Origin: a virus
Taxonomy: Duplodnaviria > Caudoviricetes
IMG/VR virus record: IMGVR_UViG_3300032326_002117
Coordinates: 1-46,506 of that record
Length of the DNA stretch: 46,506 nt
Reading direction: 5' to 3' (one strand)
This document shows positions 10,029 through 20,008 of the stretch, one piece after another. The position numbers and the translations under genes are program-made. Numbering within the stretch: the first letter of the stretch is position 1; each line of letters starts with the position of its first letter. The notes beneath the pieces were generated by a model. It made no database searches. It saw only the letters and a list, made by a program, of their open reading frames with translations, and was not told the origin of the DNA.

Positions 10029-10136
10029 AATGTAGGGCTTTTATATTTCAAGATTCATGGGGAGCTTGCGCATGCTCCCCATGATATTCCTTAATTAATT
10101 TTTTAGCGCAATGTATCCAAGGTGATATAATACGTT

Positions 10137-10388
10137 ATGAAAACTGTACACTTCAATGTTAGAGGCTCCATGCAAGTCCCTGATGATGTTATCCCTCATT
10201 ACGATGTTGCAGGTAAATTATATGCGTTAGAGTTTAACGATATTTTGTATATGCTCCAAATGTGTATCGTTGCTGAAGGTGGGGCTTGGGGACATGAAAC
10301 AATCACCGAGTATGATGTCATGGAAAATCATAGCATAACAAATGTCCGCTATGATGATGCGGAGTTTGGTGAAGTTATCTCTGGCTAA
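10137..10388 (+). CDS. hypothetical protein (probably leaderless)
   Basis: GTGATATAAT 5 nt before the ATG. Confidence 0.65.
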   Translation: MKTVHFNVRGSMQVPDDVIPHYDVAGKLYALEFNDILYMLQMCIVAEGGAWGHETITEYDVMENHSITNVRYDDAEFGEVISG

Positions 10389-10566
10389 ACAAATAGCCAA
10401 AGAAACCAAAATATTCAAATGGGAGCTTGTTACTTTTAATTTTTACCATTTAGAGTATCAAGGCTTCCATTTTTACAAACGAAATTTATCCAAAAACTAT
10501 TGGCAATTTACAGTATCAGATGATATAACATCATGTACATTCAAGATGTACGATAAAGAAAGGTAG
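10351..10566 (+). CDS. hypothetical protein
   Basis: ORF filling the gap in an operon; start uncertain. Confidence 0.45.
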   Translation: MMMRSLVKLSLAKQIAKETKIFKWELVTFNFYHLEYQGFHFYKRNLSKNYWQFTVSDDITSCTFKMYDKER

Positions 10567-10574
10567 TCCCTACA

Positions 10575-11216
10575 ATGCCTAACTGGGTTTTCAACCAACT
10601 CACCTGTACCTTCAACACAGACGAAGAGTACAATGCCTTTAAAGAGAAGGCAAACGTCGAATCTCTTTACGATTCTTTCTTCCCTATGCCTTCAGTGTTA
10701 GAAGGCACACGCTCTCCTCATACTGAACCTGATGTTTTTATTGCTGGAGTAAATAACAGTAAGGGTACAAAATTTATTACTCTTGAGGGAATTGCTCTTG
10801 CAGGTGATGAATGGGATGCTCAATGTGCCAGAGAAATTATTCAAAATCTCAAAGCACAAGAAGAGACAGGATACACAAACTGGTACGATTGGCACGTCCA
10901 AAACTGGGGTGTTAAGTGGGATGCTTCAAATTGTAAATCCAAAGAACTTGAAGATTTCAACACCATCATCTATTATTTTGATTCTCCTTGGGATAGTCCA
11001 AATCAGTTTGCAGTGGAATTATCAAAATTATATCCGACTGCAAATTTCGAGTTGATTGCCGGAAGTCTTGAAAGCGATTTCCATTATGAATATATATTTC
11101 AAAATGGAAATATTGAATACCCATTGTCCTATGATTCTTTCAAGGAAGCAGTAGAATGTGGCAAATGGGGTGGACGAGAAAACTGGGAATGTCTTTTCGA
11201 GGATGAGGAAGTATGA
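10575..11216 (+). CDS. DUF1281/YubB ferredoxin-like family protein
   Basis: MPNW..N.L, WYDW...NWG.KWDA, FDSPW.SP motifs. Confidence 0.75.
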   Translation: MPNWVFNQLTCTFNTDEEYNAFKEKANVESLYDSFFPMPSVLEGTRSPHTEPDVFIAGVNNSKGTKFITLEGIALAGDEWDAQCAREIIQNLKAQEETGYTNWYDWHVQNWGVKWDASNCKSKELEDFNTIIYYFDSPWDSPNQFAVELSKLYPTANFELIAGSLESDFHYEYIFQNGNIEYPLSYDSFKEAVECGKWGGRENWECLFEDEEV

Positions 11217-11434
11217 GCATCCAAGAGTTAATTAAAAAATTACAAGAAATCGAGGCTAAATATCCACAATACAGCCAAGATACTGAAGTGGTCATGGCTG
11301 TACACTCTGAAAACGATTTCAATCCAGAAGTGCAAATTGATTATATCGATGAGGTAGTGCATCAAGCCTTAGATACACATTCAGGATACATTTGTCGGAT
11401 TGTCTTGTGTGGTGAATATTACCAAGAAGACTAA
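11213..11434 (+). CDS. hypothetical protein
   Basis: ATGA overlap; M.I.ELI..L N-terminus common in phage ORFs. Confidence 0.65.
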   Translation: MSIQELIKKLQEIEAKYPQYSQDTEVVMAVHSENDFNPEVQIDYIDEVVHQALDTHSGYICRIVLCGEYYQED

Positions 11435-11488
11435 ACTTTTTCGAGGGGAGATTTTCGAGTCTCCCCTTTTGATGTGATATAATAGAGT

Positions 11489-11692
11489 ATGGAAAACTTG
11501 AAGTGGATTCGAGCTATGGCAGACCGATTGAGAGATGAACTTTCAAAAGAGTATGATGACGAAACAAAAGATTTAATTATTCGAGCTTTCATGCAAGGTT
11601 TATTTCAACAGCCAGGAATCGTTGAAGAATTAAAATCTTCTTCTCTAATTGAGTCAGATTATTTTGAGGGTGAAGATGAAGCGACTAATTAA
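11489..11692 (+). CDS. hypothetical protein (probably leaderless)
   Basis: GTGATATAAT 5 nt before the ATG. Confidence 0.6.
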   Translation: MENLKWIRAMADRLRDELSKEYDDETKDLIIRAFMQGLFQQPGIVEELKSSSLIESDYFEGEDEATN

Positions 11693-11897
11693 AACAAGAA
11701 CTAACATTGACCCTTTTAAGCTCTATCAAATTGGCGAGGATTTTACAGCTGAGGAAAATGATGTTGAGATTTATCGCTCTAAGCATCAACATCTTGCGTA
11801 TCAATATGTAAAAGTATTATTGGCTCAAAGACGCAATTTGAGAAACGAACAAATCTTTAATAGCATAAAAGAACTTAAGGCACAAGGTATACTATGA
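11676..11897 (+). CDS. hypothetical protein
   Basis: ORF in operon; GAGGGTG before the ATG. Confidence 0.55.
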   Translation: MKRLIKTRTNIDPFKLYQIGEDFTAEENDVEIYRSKHQHLAYQYVKVLLAQRRNLRNEQIFNSIKELKAQGIL

Positions 11898-12154
11898 CAA
11901 CTTTAATTTCGAGTTTAATTATTTTATCACTCAGCTTAGAACCAATTAAGAATTTTGTCTCCTTGAAAACTTATATATCAGAGAACGCAAAAATTCATTG
12001 TCATGTTTATTTTATTAATGAGGAAATCCCAGACTTTCCAAGAGTTAACATAATTGAGAAAAGCCAAGGTGATTTCTTCGCATACCTTGATACAATAGGG
12101 ATAGAGCATACAAAGCTTGGCAGTTATTATTTTTTCCAGAAGAAGCAACAATGA
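11894..12154 (+). CDS. hypothetical protein, possible signal peptide
   Basis: ATGA overlap; hydrophobic N-terminus. Confidence 0.55.
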   Translation: MTTLISSLIILSLSLEPIKNFVSLKTYISENAKIHCHVYFINEEIPDFPRVNIIEKSQGDFFAYLDTIGIEHTKLGSYYFFQKKQQ

Positions 12155-12462
12155 CAAAACAAGAAAATAAAAAACTTGATACCTTGACCCAATATCTCTG
12201 TGGTTATCAAGACAGAATCAAACAAATCAGACAAGCATTAGAAATCAATCCTCAATTTAATTATTTAAAAGAAGTTGAGACCATTGAATATTTATATGAT
12301 ACATTGCTTCGAGACAGAAAGAAAGTTAAATCAAATTTCTTGTACGCTTCAACAAGTGGATGGACTGTTATGTATTTCAGAGCTAAAGAGAAATACAAGA
12401 AGAATGAAAAGTTCAATGTAAAAATCTATTTCTCATTTGTAGAAGATGAAACATTTGAGTGA
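12151..12462 (+). CDS. hypothetical protein
   Basis: ATGA overlap; 103 aa. Confidence 0.65.
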   Translation: MTKQENKKLDTLTQYLCGYQDRIKQIRQALEINPQFNYLKEVETIEYLYDTLLRDRKKVKSNFLYASTSGWTVMYFRAKEKYKKNEKFNVKIYFSFVEDETFE

Positions 12463-12473
12463 TATAATAAGGT

Positions 12474-12767
12474 ATGAAACCAACTCCCCTACCCACTTTT
12501 GATGTTGAATTGCCCGGTGAAGAATTGACAGAGCATTATACCAAATTCACTGTCACCTCAAAGCAGTATGTATCCAATTTCATGCAACCCACAGGAGATG
12601 GATACGAATATGGAAACTGGATTGTCGAACCAATAATTTGTTTTCGAGTACTCTGCAATGGTAAAGAAAAAATTATTACCACACCAGATGAATTCGAGCA
12701 GTTTGGAATTTTCGAGTTTGAGCATGATACAATTGAGATAGAACCGGAGAACGATTGCAATGTCTAA
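12474..12767 (+). CDS. hypothetical protein (probably leaderless)
   Basis: GTGATATAAT 5 nt before the ATG. Confidence 0.65.
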   Translation: MKPTPLPTFDVELPGEELTEHYTKFTVTSKQYVSNFMQPTGDGYEYGNWIVEPIICFRVLCNGKEKIITTPDEFEQFGIFEFEHDTIEIEPENDCNV

Positions 12768-13065
12768 AGCACAAGAAATTCGAACCTATTTAGAGGAGCA
12801 TAATCCAGAGGCATTATATATAGGTCAAGAAACAAATCATGACTCTGCTCTAATTGGTGTCGCAAGAATTAAAAGAGAAGACGAATGGGTAGAAGTTCCA
12901 ATGTATTCTTATGATGAATTAATTGCTTCTTTTACTGAAGAATTTCGAGACACAGAATCCGAAGACCCAGAACATGACCCAGAACAAGATGCGATTGAAT
13001 GGGTAGACTACAATGTGATGGGAGCTTACATGGGAATACATACTCCTTACATTGTGTATAATTAA
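12760..13065 (+). CDS. conserved phage hypothetical protein
   Basis: ALIG...Y.Y...DAIEW.DYN..GAYMG..TP motif typical of a widespread phage family. Confidence 0.7.
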   Translation: MSKAQEIRTYLEEHNPEALYIGQETNHDSALIGVARIKREDEWVEVPMYSYDELIASFTEEFRDTESEDPEHDPEQDAIEWVDYNVMGAYMGIHTPYIVYN

Positions 13066-13070
13066 TTTCT

Positions 13071-13826
13071 ATGGAAGCCTACATTCACACTTACTGTAGA
13101 AATAATTACCAACAAATTATCAATCAGAAAATCGAGAAGTTAAAGCTCTCTGGCCTATGGGATGAATTAGAATTTCTATTCATCCCTATTTCTGGTTTAA
13201 GAGAAGACGATAAAAAATATTTCGAGCAGCTCAAACAACAAGATTCGAGGATTATAATTTTCGAGCATCCAGATCATTCTTTCAGCTCAGAACCAGCCAC
13301 TCTTAATTTTATTAAAAATCGAGCATTAAATTTCGAGTCTAATAAGAAAATACTATACACACATACAAAAGGTACATCTCATAACCAATACATCATTAGA
13401 AGAAGAATGATGGCCTGGACAAGATACATGGACTTGAACTGTATTTACAAGTGGAGAGAATGTGCTGAGGCCCTTAATAATTTTGATACAGCTGGCGGAC
13501 ATTTTACTGGCGGACAAGAAGAGTACAATCAACAAACAGAAAATAAAATTCAATTTATAAATGATGTTACAGCTGATGGAAAATATTTAGACACAGGAGC
13601 CTACATGGTTTCTATCCCACATTATTCTGGAAATTTTTGGTGGGCTAATTCTGATCATTTAAAAAGATTGCCTGACATTACTCCTGAGAATCTAAATTAT
13701 TTTAATAGAGGTGAGTTTTGGCTTTGCTATCCAAAAGATACCAAATCTTATAATAACATGAATCCTTTCGTTAATCATTATGCTGAATACTACAATGATG
13801 ATAATGATTTTCCTGAAGGCTTTTAA
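13071..13826 (+). CDS. conserved hypothetical protein, putative glycosyltransferase-like
   Basis: LY.HTKG.S, HYSGNFWWA, E.W motifs seen in phage/giant-virus glycosylation clusters; function inferred. Confidence 0.6.
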   Translation: MEAYIHTYCRNNYQQIINQKIEKLKLSGLWDELEFLFIPISGLREDDKKYFEQLKQQDSRIIIFEHPDHSFSSEPATLNFIKNRALNFESNKKILYTHTKGTSHNQYIIRRRMMAWTRYMDLNCIYKWRECAEALNNFDTAGGHFTGGQEEYNQQTENKIQFINDVTADGKYLDTGAYMVSIPHYSGNFWWANSDHLKRLPDITPENLNYFNRGEFWLCYPKDTKSYNNMNPFVNHYAEYYNDDNDFPEGF

Positions 13827-14041
13827 AATTTTTAATTTGCAATTCCAAACTGGGGTGATAGTTCTATCACCCCAAGGGATGGGCCTCAAATAAAATAAAT
13901 ATTTTATTTGATCTGTGGTGTTTGAGGCCCCCCATCTTTTTCCAAATAAATTATTTTTTTTAGCTCACTTCATTAAAATTTACTGGCATAGAGTATACCG
14001 GAATGATAATATTCTATATCGGTTTCATGGAGGAGCCTATT

Positions 14042-15355
14042 ATGTCAGATAACAAATTTTCATTCCTTGAACTGGACGATGCGCCAGTCAAAGTACAGCC
14101 TAACCAGTCCGTTTTCACGGCTGTACAATCCCTGCAACCAAAAGATGGTGCTACCGCAAAGCAAGATGCCAATGGCAATTGGGTAAACGCTATCGGTCTT
14201 CAGTCTACAGCAACACATCGCCATGTCGCAAAGGTATGGCAGGACAAGTGTTCACCACTTGCAGATTTCATTGAGACTGTCAAGGAACAATCCAAGACCA
14301 AGTTTGACTATGTCAAACCAGAATCTGATGTACGCCTTCAGGACGCTTCGACCCTGACCAATGGCATGACCCTTACAAAGTCTGGTCTCAATTCGCTTCG
14401 GTCATTCACTGACATTCCATCGTCCATGGTTTCTTTCTTAGAAGAGCGTGGTTATGATGAAGACTTGACCAGATTTGTCAATTCTGAATTGAATCGTCGT
14501 GAACAAAACTGGAAAGACGATGGCAAGGAATCAAGGGAATTCCGTGTTCGTGTCCGCCAAGATGATAATGGCAACGATGCTGTACGAGCTGTTGTATCAG
14601 GTCGTTATGGCGTGATTGATAACCATGAGGCAATGGAGATGATAGCAAATTCTTTGCCATCATTATCTGATGCTCTTGCGTCTCACATATCCAATGATGG
14701 CGATGATATCTTTGGTAACGTGCTTTTGCCCGATTACATGAAGAGCGAACCTGACTCGGACTACGGTGTTGGCATTGCATTCAGGAACAGTGAGATTAAG
14801 AATTCTACCTTCAACATCTCCCCGTTCCTCTTCCGTGCTATATGCCTTAACGGTATGATTTGGGGTCGGCAGGATTCCAGTATCCAAATTAATCAAAAGC
14901 ACCTTGGCAACATTGACCGCATAGAATTGCAACAAAAGGTCAATCATGCCGTCAAGGTAGCATTGACACAAGGTAATGACCTTTTGACTTTGCTTGGACA
15001 TTCCAAACACGTTAAGGTTGAGAATCCATTACAGGTGATTGCACAACTTTCCCGTGACAATGGTATGACCATAGAGCAGGGTCGTGCATGGCACAAGGGA
15101 TACATGGAATCCCTAACTGAAGCGAATGGTCAACTACATGACCGTTCTGCATTCGGGATTGTCAATGGATTGACACGTTCTGCACAACTTTACAAGGGTT
15201 CTACCCGTGAAAGCATGGAAATAACCGCTTCCTTGATACTTTCACCTGCTATTGATGCAGATTTGCAAGCAATAAGCAAGAGATGGGGCAGAATTGCCGA
15301 TAATGCATCTCAATTGAAGGAAAAAGTAGTGCAACAGTACGCTTATATAGGCTAA
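14042..15355 (+). CDS. DUF932-family protein
   Basis: RAVVSGRY..IDN, NSE......ISP..FR..C.NGMI, FGIVNGLTRSAQ; GGAGG before the ATG at 14042. Confidence 0.75.
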   Translation: MSDNKFSFLELDDAPVKVQPNQSVFTAVQSLQPKDGATAKQDANGNWVNAIGLQSTATHRHVAKVWQDKCSPLADFIETVKEQSKTKFDYVKPESDVRLQDASTLTNGMTLTKSGLNSLRSFTDIPSSMVSFLEERGYDEDLTRFVNSELNRREQNWKDDGKESREFRVRVRQDDNGNDAVRAVVSGRYGVIDNHEAMEMIANSLPSLSDALASHISNDGDDIFGNVLLPDYMKSEPDSDYGVGIAFRNSEIKNSTFNISPFLFRAICLNGMIWGRQDSSIQINQKHLGNIDRIELQQKVNHAVKVALTQGNDLLTLLGHSKHVKVENPLQVIAQLSRDNGMTIEQGRAWHKGYMESLTEANGQLHDRSAFGIVNGLTRSAQLYKGSTRESMEITASLILSPAIDADLQAISKRWGRIADNASQLKEKVVQQYAYIG

Positions 15356-15545
15356 AACCTGCATAAGTGACACTAAATCCCCTTATAACACGCTTATAAG
15401 GGGATTATTCTGCTTAAAAATAATTTATTTGCAGCTCCGCCCATTGGGGTGGTAGGTCTACCACCCCAAAATATCCATGTCAAATAAAATAAATTTTCTT
15501 GCATCTCTTGTATGAGGTGATATAATTCAGATTGAGGAAACCACT

Positions 15546-17531
15546 ATGATAGTTGATGACATGAGAGCCACAGTTTTGGTCAATGGAACGATGACAGAAT
15601 CGTTCTTTACTGTTAAGCAAGAGAACCTTGCACATATCTTTTCTATCCTACGCAACAATTTGTATTCTGACAAGGCTGGTGCAATCATTCGTGAATATTG
15701 CACAAATGCTTACGATGCTCACGTTCAAGCTGGCATCAAAGACACTCCAATTTCAATCAAGTGCCCAACATCATTCCACCAATTGCTTTGCATTCGTGAC
15801 TATGGTTATGGTTTGTCAGAAGATGAGATTTTCAACATCTATGCATCCTATGGTGAATCCACAAAGCGTAACACAAATGACCAAGTAGGAATGATGGGTC
15901 TGGGTTCCAAGTCTGCATTCTCTTACACTGATTCATTCACCATCATATCTTACAATCAAGGTATGCAGAAAAATTACCTTGCATACATTGATGATTCTGG
16001 CATCGGTAAGGTCATGAAGGTAGAAGAGAATCCCACCACTGAGACTGGAATTGAAATTCAAATTCCTGTAGCACGTTTTGATTGTTATAAGTTTGAGAAT
16101 GCCATCACGAAACAATTGAAATTTTTCAGTCCAAAGCCTGTTATCAATCTCGCATATGTCCAAAGGTCTTTAGAAGAGAATCTCAATATTCACATCCATG
16201 GTGATGGGTACGATATCATCAATTCCTACGACACACATTTTGTTGTGATGGGAAATGTTGCATATCCTTTTACCACTGAGACATTTGAGAATCACCCGCA
16301 TTTCAAAGATGCAATTAACAGCCTGACTGAACATTCATTAAAAATTGTTCTGTATGCAAAGATAGGTGATGTAATACCATCTGCTTCCCGTGAATCTTTG
16401 GACTTGTGTGAGAAAACCATCAATTGGATTGGTAATTCGTTAATCAATGTATCTGATGACGTTAAGCAAAACCTTGTTAGCCAGATGGATTCTTCCGACA
16501 CAATCTGGAATACAAAAGTAAGATTTTCCAATCTGAAATCCAAATTCCAAAGATTATTGACTGGCTACACAAAAGATGGCATTCTGTGTGATTCAAACCA
16601 GACTGATGTACCAAAGATTCCACTCATCACAGCCAAGAGACTGAATGAGAACAAGTTTGAGGCTGTTGAGAAAATTTACAATACATCCCGGACTGTAATT
16701 TATGTCAGTAAAGGTGACGTAACATCTGGCTCAATCAAAAAGCGGATTAAGTTGGACAATCATTCATCTGATTTGTTGTATGCTGTTGAATGCAAAGATA
16801 GAGCCACATACAATGAATTTATCAATCATCCTGAAATCATCGGCGCAAACATCATAGACCTTGCGACAATTGAACTACCAAAGATTGAACGTGAGAAAAC
16901 AGCGTCCAATCATGATGCTTATCAGTTTGTAGGTGACAGATATAATAATCAACCAAGAGATGCATGGCAAAAGACCCGTGTTAATTTCAAACTTGGAACA
17001 GGCGTATACATCAAGATTAGCAATTATAATGTCGAAGGCTTCTCTCCACATATGATGTACAAGGTGCTTGAATCTCTTAAGGACTTGGGACATGAAATCA
17101 CCTTGTATGGCATCCGAGATAGTGATTCATCAAAATTGGGTGCTGGCTGGAAACACCTTAAAGTTTACGTGCAAGAGGTCATAGATAATTTGCCACAATC
17201 ATTCAAGGATAGTGCTTCCAGAGGTTACATCCATGATTATATTGATATTGATACACGCTCGTTGTATGATTCATTTGCTCACTTAGATAATGACCCATTC
17301 AACTTTAAGGACATTGTAGACTTTGATAACTACAATTATGATGATACTAAAGCAATTCAAACGATAAGTTTGTTCATCAACTGCAATTTTAGATATGATT
17401 TGACAAAAGAGAAGCAAATTGTCAATGAATTGAAAGAATTAAGGTCAAAGTACCCCTTAATTAAGTATACACAGATACATAGCGGTTCAATTCCGTACAT
17501 TAAGGAGTACATAGAGGCTATGAACAGGTAG
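15546..17531 (+). CDS. rIIA: rIIA-like protein, copy 2
   Basis: Same GHKL and PSASRESL motifs as 7269-9248; upstream of rIIB. Confidence 0.88.
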   Translation: MIVDDMRATVLVNGTMTESFFTVKQENLAHIFSILRNNLYSDKAGAIIREYCTNAYDAHVQAGIKDTPISIKCPTSFHQLLCIRDYGYGLSEDEIFNIYASYGESTKRNTNDQVGMMGLGSKSAFSYTDSFTIISYNQGMQKNYLAYIDDSGIGKVMKVEENPTTETGIEIQIPVARFDCYKFENAITKQLKFFSPKPVINLAYVQRSLEENLNIHIHGDGYDIINSYDTHFVVMGNVAYPFTTETFENHPHFKDAINSLTEHSLKIVLYAKIGDVIPSASRESLDLCEKTINWIGNSLINVSDDVKQNLVSQMDSSDTIWNTKVRFSNLKSKFQRLLTGYTKDGILCDSNQTDVPKIPLITAKRLNENKFEAVEKIYNTSRTVIYVSKGDVTSGSIKKRIKLDNHSSDLLYAVECKDRATYNEFINHPEIIGANIIDLATIELPKIEREKTASNHDAYQFVGDRYNNQPRDAWQKTRVNFKLGTGVYIKISNYNVEGFSPHMMYKVLESLKDLGHEITLYGIRDSDSSKLGAGWKHLKVYVQEVIDNLPQSFKDSASRGYIHDYIDIDTRSLYDSFAHLDNDPFNFKDIVDFDNYNYDDTKAIQTISLFINCNFRYDLTKEKQIVNELKELRSKYPLIKYTQIHSGSIPYIKEYIEAMNR

Positions 17532-17735
17532 GTTTCCTCAAATAATACCTGTTCAGAAGGGTGGAGCTTTTCCACCCTTTTTTTATTTGTCAACCCCGAT
17601 GTGGGGTGGTAGTCTTACCACCCCAATGAGAAAGCTCGCAAATAAAATAAATTTTTCCTATATAAAAAATATTTTGTTGCAGTGGTATAAAGAGATATGG
17701 TATCATTGTCTGTTAGCAAAATAATGGAGAGAAAA

Positions 17736-18920
17736 ATGGATAATATACCAGTCATTCACAACACTGACCCAATCTCAGGGTCTCTTACTGTATTCCTTGA
17801 CGGCAAGCAATACAAGATTTTTGTATCTGAGCCAAATTTCCAATCTGCTCTAAACGCATATAAAAGCAAAGACTGGGAATCTCTTCGCAATATTGTAAAT
17901 CCTGCTGAAGCCTTCAAGAAACTCTATGCCAAGTATGAGCAGATTGAGGTTAAGGATGGCAACGTCTTTGTCAGCGGAGAGCCAATCTCTACACTTGTCG
18001 CAAATCGTATCCTTGATTACTTGTCAATGGAACTTGATTGTGTCCCTATCTTCAAGTTTATCACCAAGTTAAATTTGAATCCAAGCAAACGTGCAGTAGA
18101 TGAACTGTACACGTTCCTTGAGCATAAGTTCTTGCCAATCACTGATAATGGTAACTTTCTTGCTTACAAGGCATTGCGTTCTGACTACACTGATGTTCAC
18201 ACTGGTAAATTTCTCAACACTGTAGACTCAGTTTTGGAAATGCCACGCAACAAGGTGGATGATAACAAAGAGGTAGGATGCTCTTACGGCTTCCATGCTG
18301 GCACTCTTGAATACGCCAGAGATTTCCGACCTTCCAATGGCAAGTTGGTTGTAGTGGAAATCAACCCAGCAGATGTGGTGTCGATTCCAACAGATTGCCA
18401 ATGCCAGAAACTGCGTACCTGCAAGTACATGGTTCATGCGGAATATGAGGTTCCGCTTGAAGACCTCACCTATGAATCACGCTACACCACAGAGTATGAT
18501 GATGATGTAGACCGAGAATGGGATGATGATTCTGATGATGAGGGATGCTGTAAATGCTCTGAATGTGACTATTGTTCAATCGATTGCGATGAATGCAATT
18601 GCTGTAATGACTGTTGCGATTGCGGGGATTTCCATGCAAATGTATGTATGGCAGACCCTGATGCACCAAAGACAGAAATCCAGCTCGAATTGAATCTTGA
18701 TAATAAGATAACCTCAAATTGGGCAGATGAAAGATTTCAATATCTTGTTATGTTGTCATGGCTTTATTGCCATCGACGACCAGCAGTTGGAAATGCTTTA
18801 AAAAGTTTCTATAAGGATGTTGATGACCATCATCGAATCAATCCTATATTTGCTATCCTTAAGCAATTCACATCTGACGAGGATGCTTATAAGATTTATA
18901 AAGAATTTACAAATTCATAA
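17736..18920 (+). CDS. rIIB: rIIB-like protein with acidic and Cys-rich C-terminal extension
   Basis: NPS.RAV.ELY.FL, LPITD.G.FLAYK, EMPR..VDD...GCS.G.H, V.INPADVVSIP.D...K.RTC.Y. Confidence 0.88.
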   Translation: MDNIPVIHNTDPISGSLTVFLDGKQYKIFVSEPNFQSALNAYKSKDWESLRNIVNPAEAFKKLYAKYEQIEVKDGNVFVSGEPISTLVANRILDYLSMELDCVPIFKFITKLNLNPSKRAVDELYTFLEHKFLPITDNGNFLAYKALRSDYTDVHTGKFLNTVDSVLEMPRNKVDDNKEVGCSYGFHAGTLEYARDFRPSNGKLVVVEINPADVVSIPTDCQCQKLRTCKYMVHAEYEVPLEDLTYESRYTTEYDDDVDREWDDDSDDEGCCKCSECDYCSIDCDECNCCNDCCDCGDFHANVCMADPDAPKTEIQLELNLDNKITSNWADERFQYLVMLSWLYCHRRPAVGNALKSFYKDVDDHHRINPIFAILKQFTSDEDAYKIYKEFTNS

Positions 18921-19125
18921 GAATCCTGATTTGTCAAGAGTATCCCCGGAGAAATCTGGGGATATTTTTTTATTTGAAGCTTTACCCATGGGGTGATAAT
19001 ATTATCACCCCAATAAATAAAATGATCAGAATAATTTTCATATATTTCACCTATTTCAAAATAATCAAGGTATAATGTATATGTTGATGGCGAGGTACAG
19101 CCAAAGACATGGTATAATAGATTAT

Positions 19126-19206
19126 CCTCCGGTGGTGGAACGGTATACACGACGGACTTAAAATCCGTTGGCGCAAGCCTTACGAGTTCGAATCTCGTCT
19201 GGAGGA
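19126..19206 (+). tRNA. tRNA-Leu (TAA)
   Basis: Loop CTTAAAA, variable arm GGCGCAAGCC, GTTCGAATC. Confidence 0.92.
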
Positions 19207-19209
19207 CTT

Positions 19210-19325
19210 GGAAGAGGTTAGACAAAAGAGTAATCTTAGTCATGTCATGAAGTCATCATTGTAAGTTTTGTTCAAATCGCTACTGGTTAACATGTCACCA
19301 AGTCGGGCAGAACATAACCTCTTTC
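19210..19325 (+). ncRNA. putative structured RNA between tRNA-Leu and tRNA-Lys
   Basis: Terminal 11-bp stem 19210-19220/19315-19325 and internal stem 19265-19273/19305-19313 with G-U pairs. Confidence 0.4.
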
Positions 19326-19333
19326 TTTAGTTT

Positions 19334-19405
19334 GGGTTGGTAGCTCAGAGGTAGAGCAGTGCCCTTTTAAGGCATTGGTCGTGGGTTCGAATCCCACCCG
19401 ACCCA
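19334..19405 (+). tRNA. tRNA-Lys (TTT)
   Basis: GGGTTGG/CCGACCC acceptor; loop CTTTTAA. Confidence 0.95.
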
Positions 19406-19502
19406 TTTCACTTGTCTTATCTCCCCAAGTGAATCAATCCCCTTCTCCGACAAGAAGGGGATTTTCTTTTGCATATGTCTTTGATATGTGATATAAAAGG
19501 AT

Positions 19503-19994
19503 ATGGAAAACACTACTATTGCTCCCACTTTTGAGATTCATGTCCAGTTTAGTTGGAAATATCCCGGTAAGCCAATTAAAAATATAGTCAAGGATGGCTA
19601 CATTCAATCTATCAATACAGAAGATAAATTGATTGCCGAAGAGTTTATCAATACCTTCATTAGCAACTATGAGATTGGTATTTGCGAAGTTACAGACATG
19701 AAGATTCTTTCAATCAAGAGAGTATTTACTTTTGATGAATGGGTGGAGAAATACAAGCCAATTCAGAATCATATAGAAGAATCAAGCACATTTGAGGGTT
19801 ATGCTTTTGAAACATATGGTGAAGAGTTTGATTTTGTATGTAATCAATCTCCAGACAAAATTTGGACTTTACGAAATTTAGGATATCGAGAAGTTATTAC
19901 ATTTGGCTTAGGGTGGGTTGACCGAGACTTTTACTTTGTCACTGAGAAGCCATGTGAAAAAGAAGATGAATTGAAACAAATCGTTGTGATATAA
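19503..19994 (+). CDS. conserved hypothetical protein
   Basis: W.EKYKPI.NHI...FETYGEE..FV...IWT...G...VDR..Y.VTEKP motif. Confidence 0.7.
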   Translation: MENTTIAPTFEIHVQFSWKYPGKPIKNIVKDGYIQSINTEDKLIAEEFINTFISNYEIGICEVTDMKILSIKRVFTFDEWVEKYKPIQNHIEESSTFEGYAFETYGEEFDFVCNQSPDKIWTLRNLGYREVITFGLGWVDRDFYFVTEKPCEKEDELKQIVVI

Positions 19995-20008
19995 TTCGAG
20001 GAAACAAA

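Noticed and set aside
18896-19243. 115-aa minus-strand ORF
   Set aside because: Antisense to tRNA-Leu, its promoter and a palindrome; shadow ORF.
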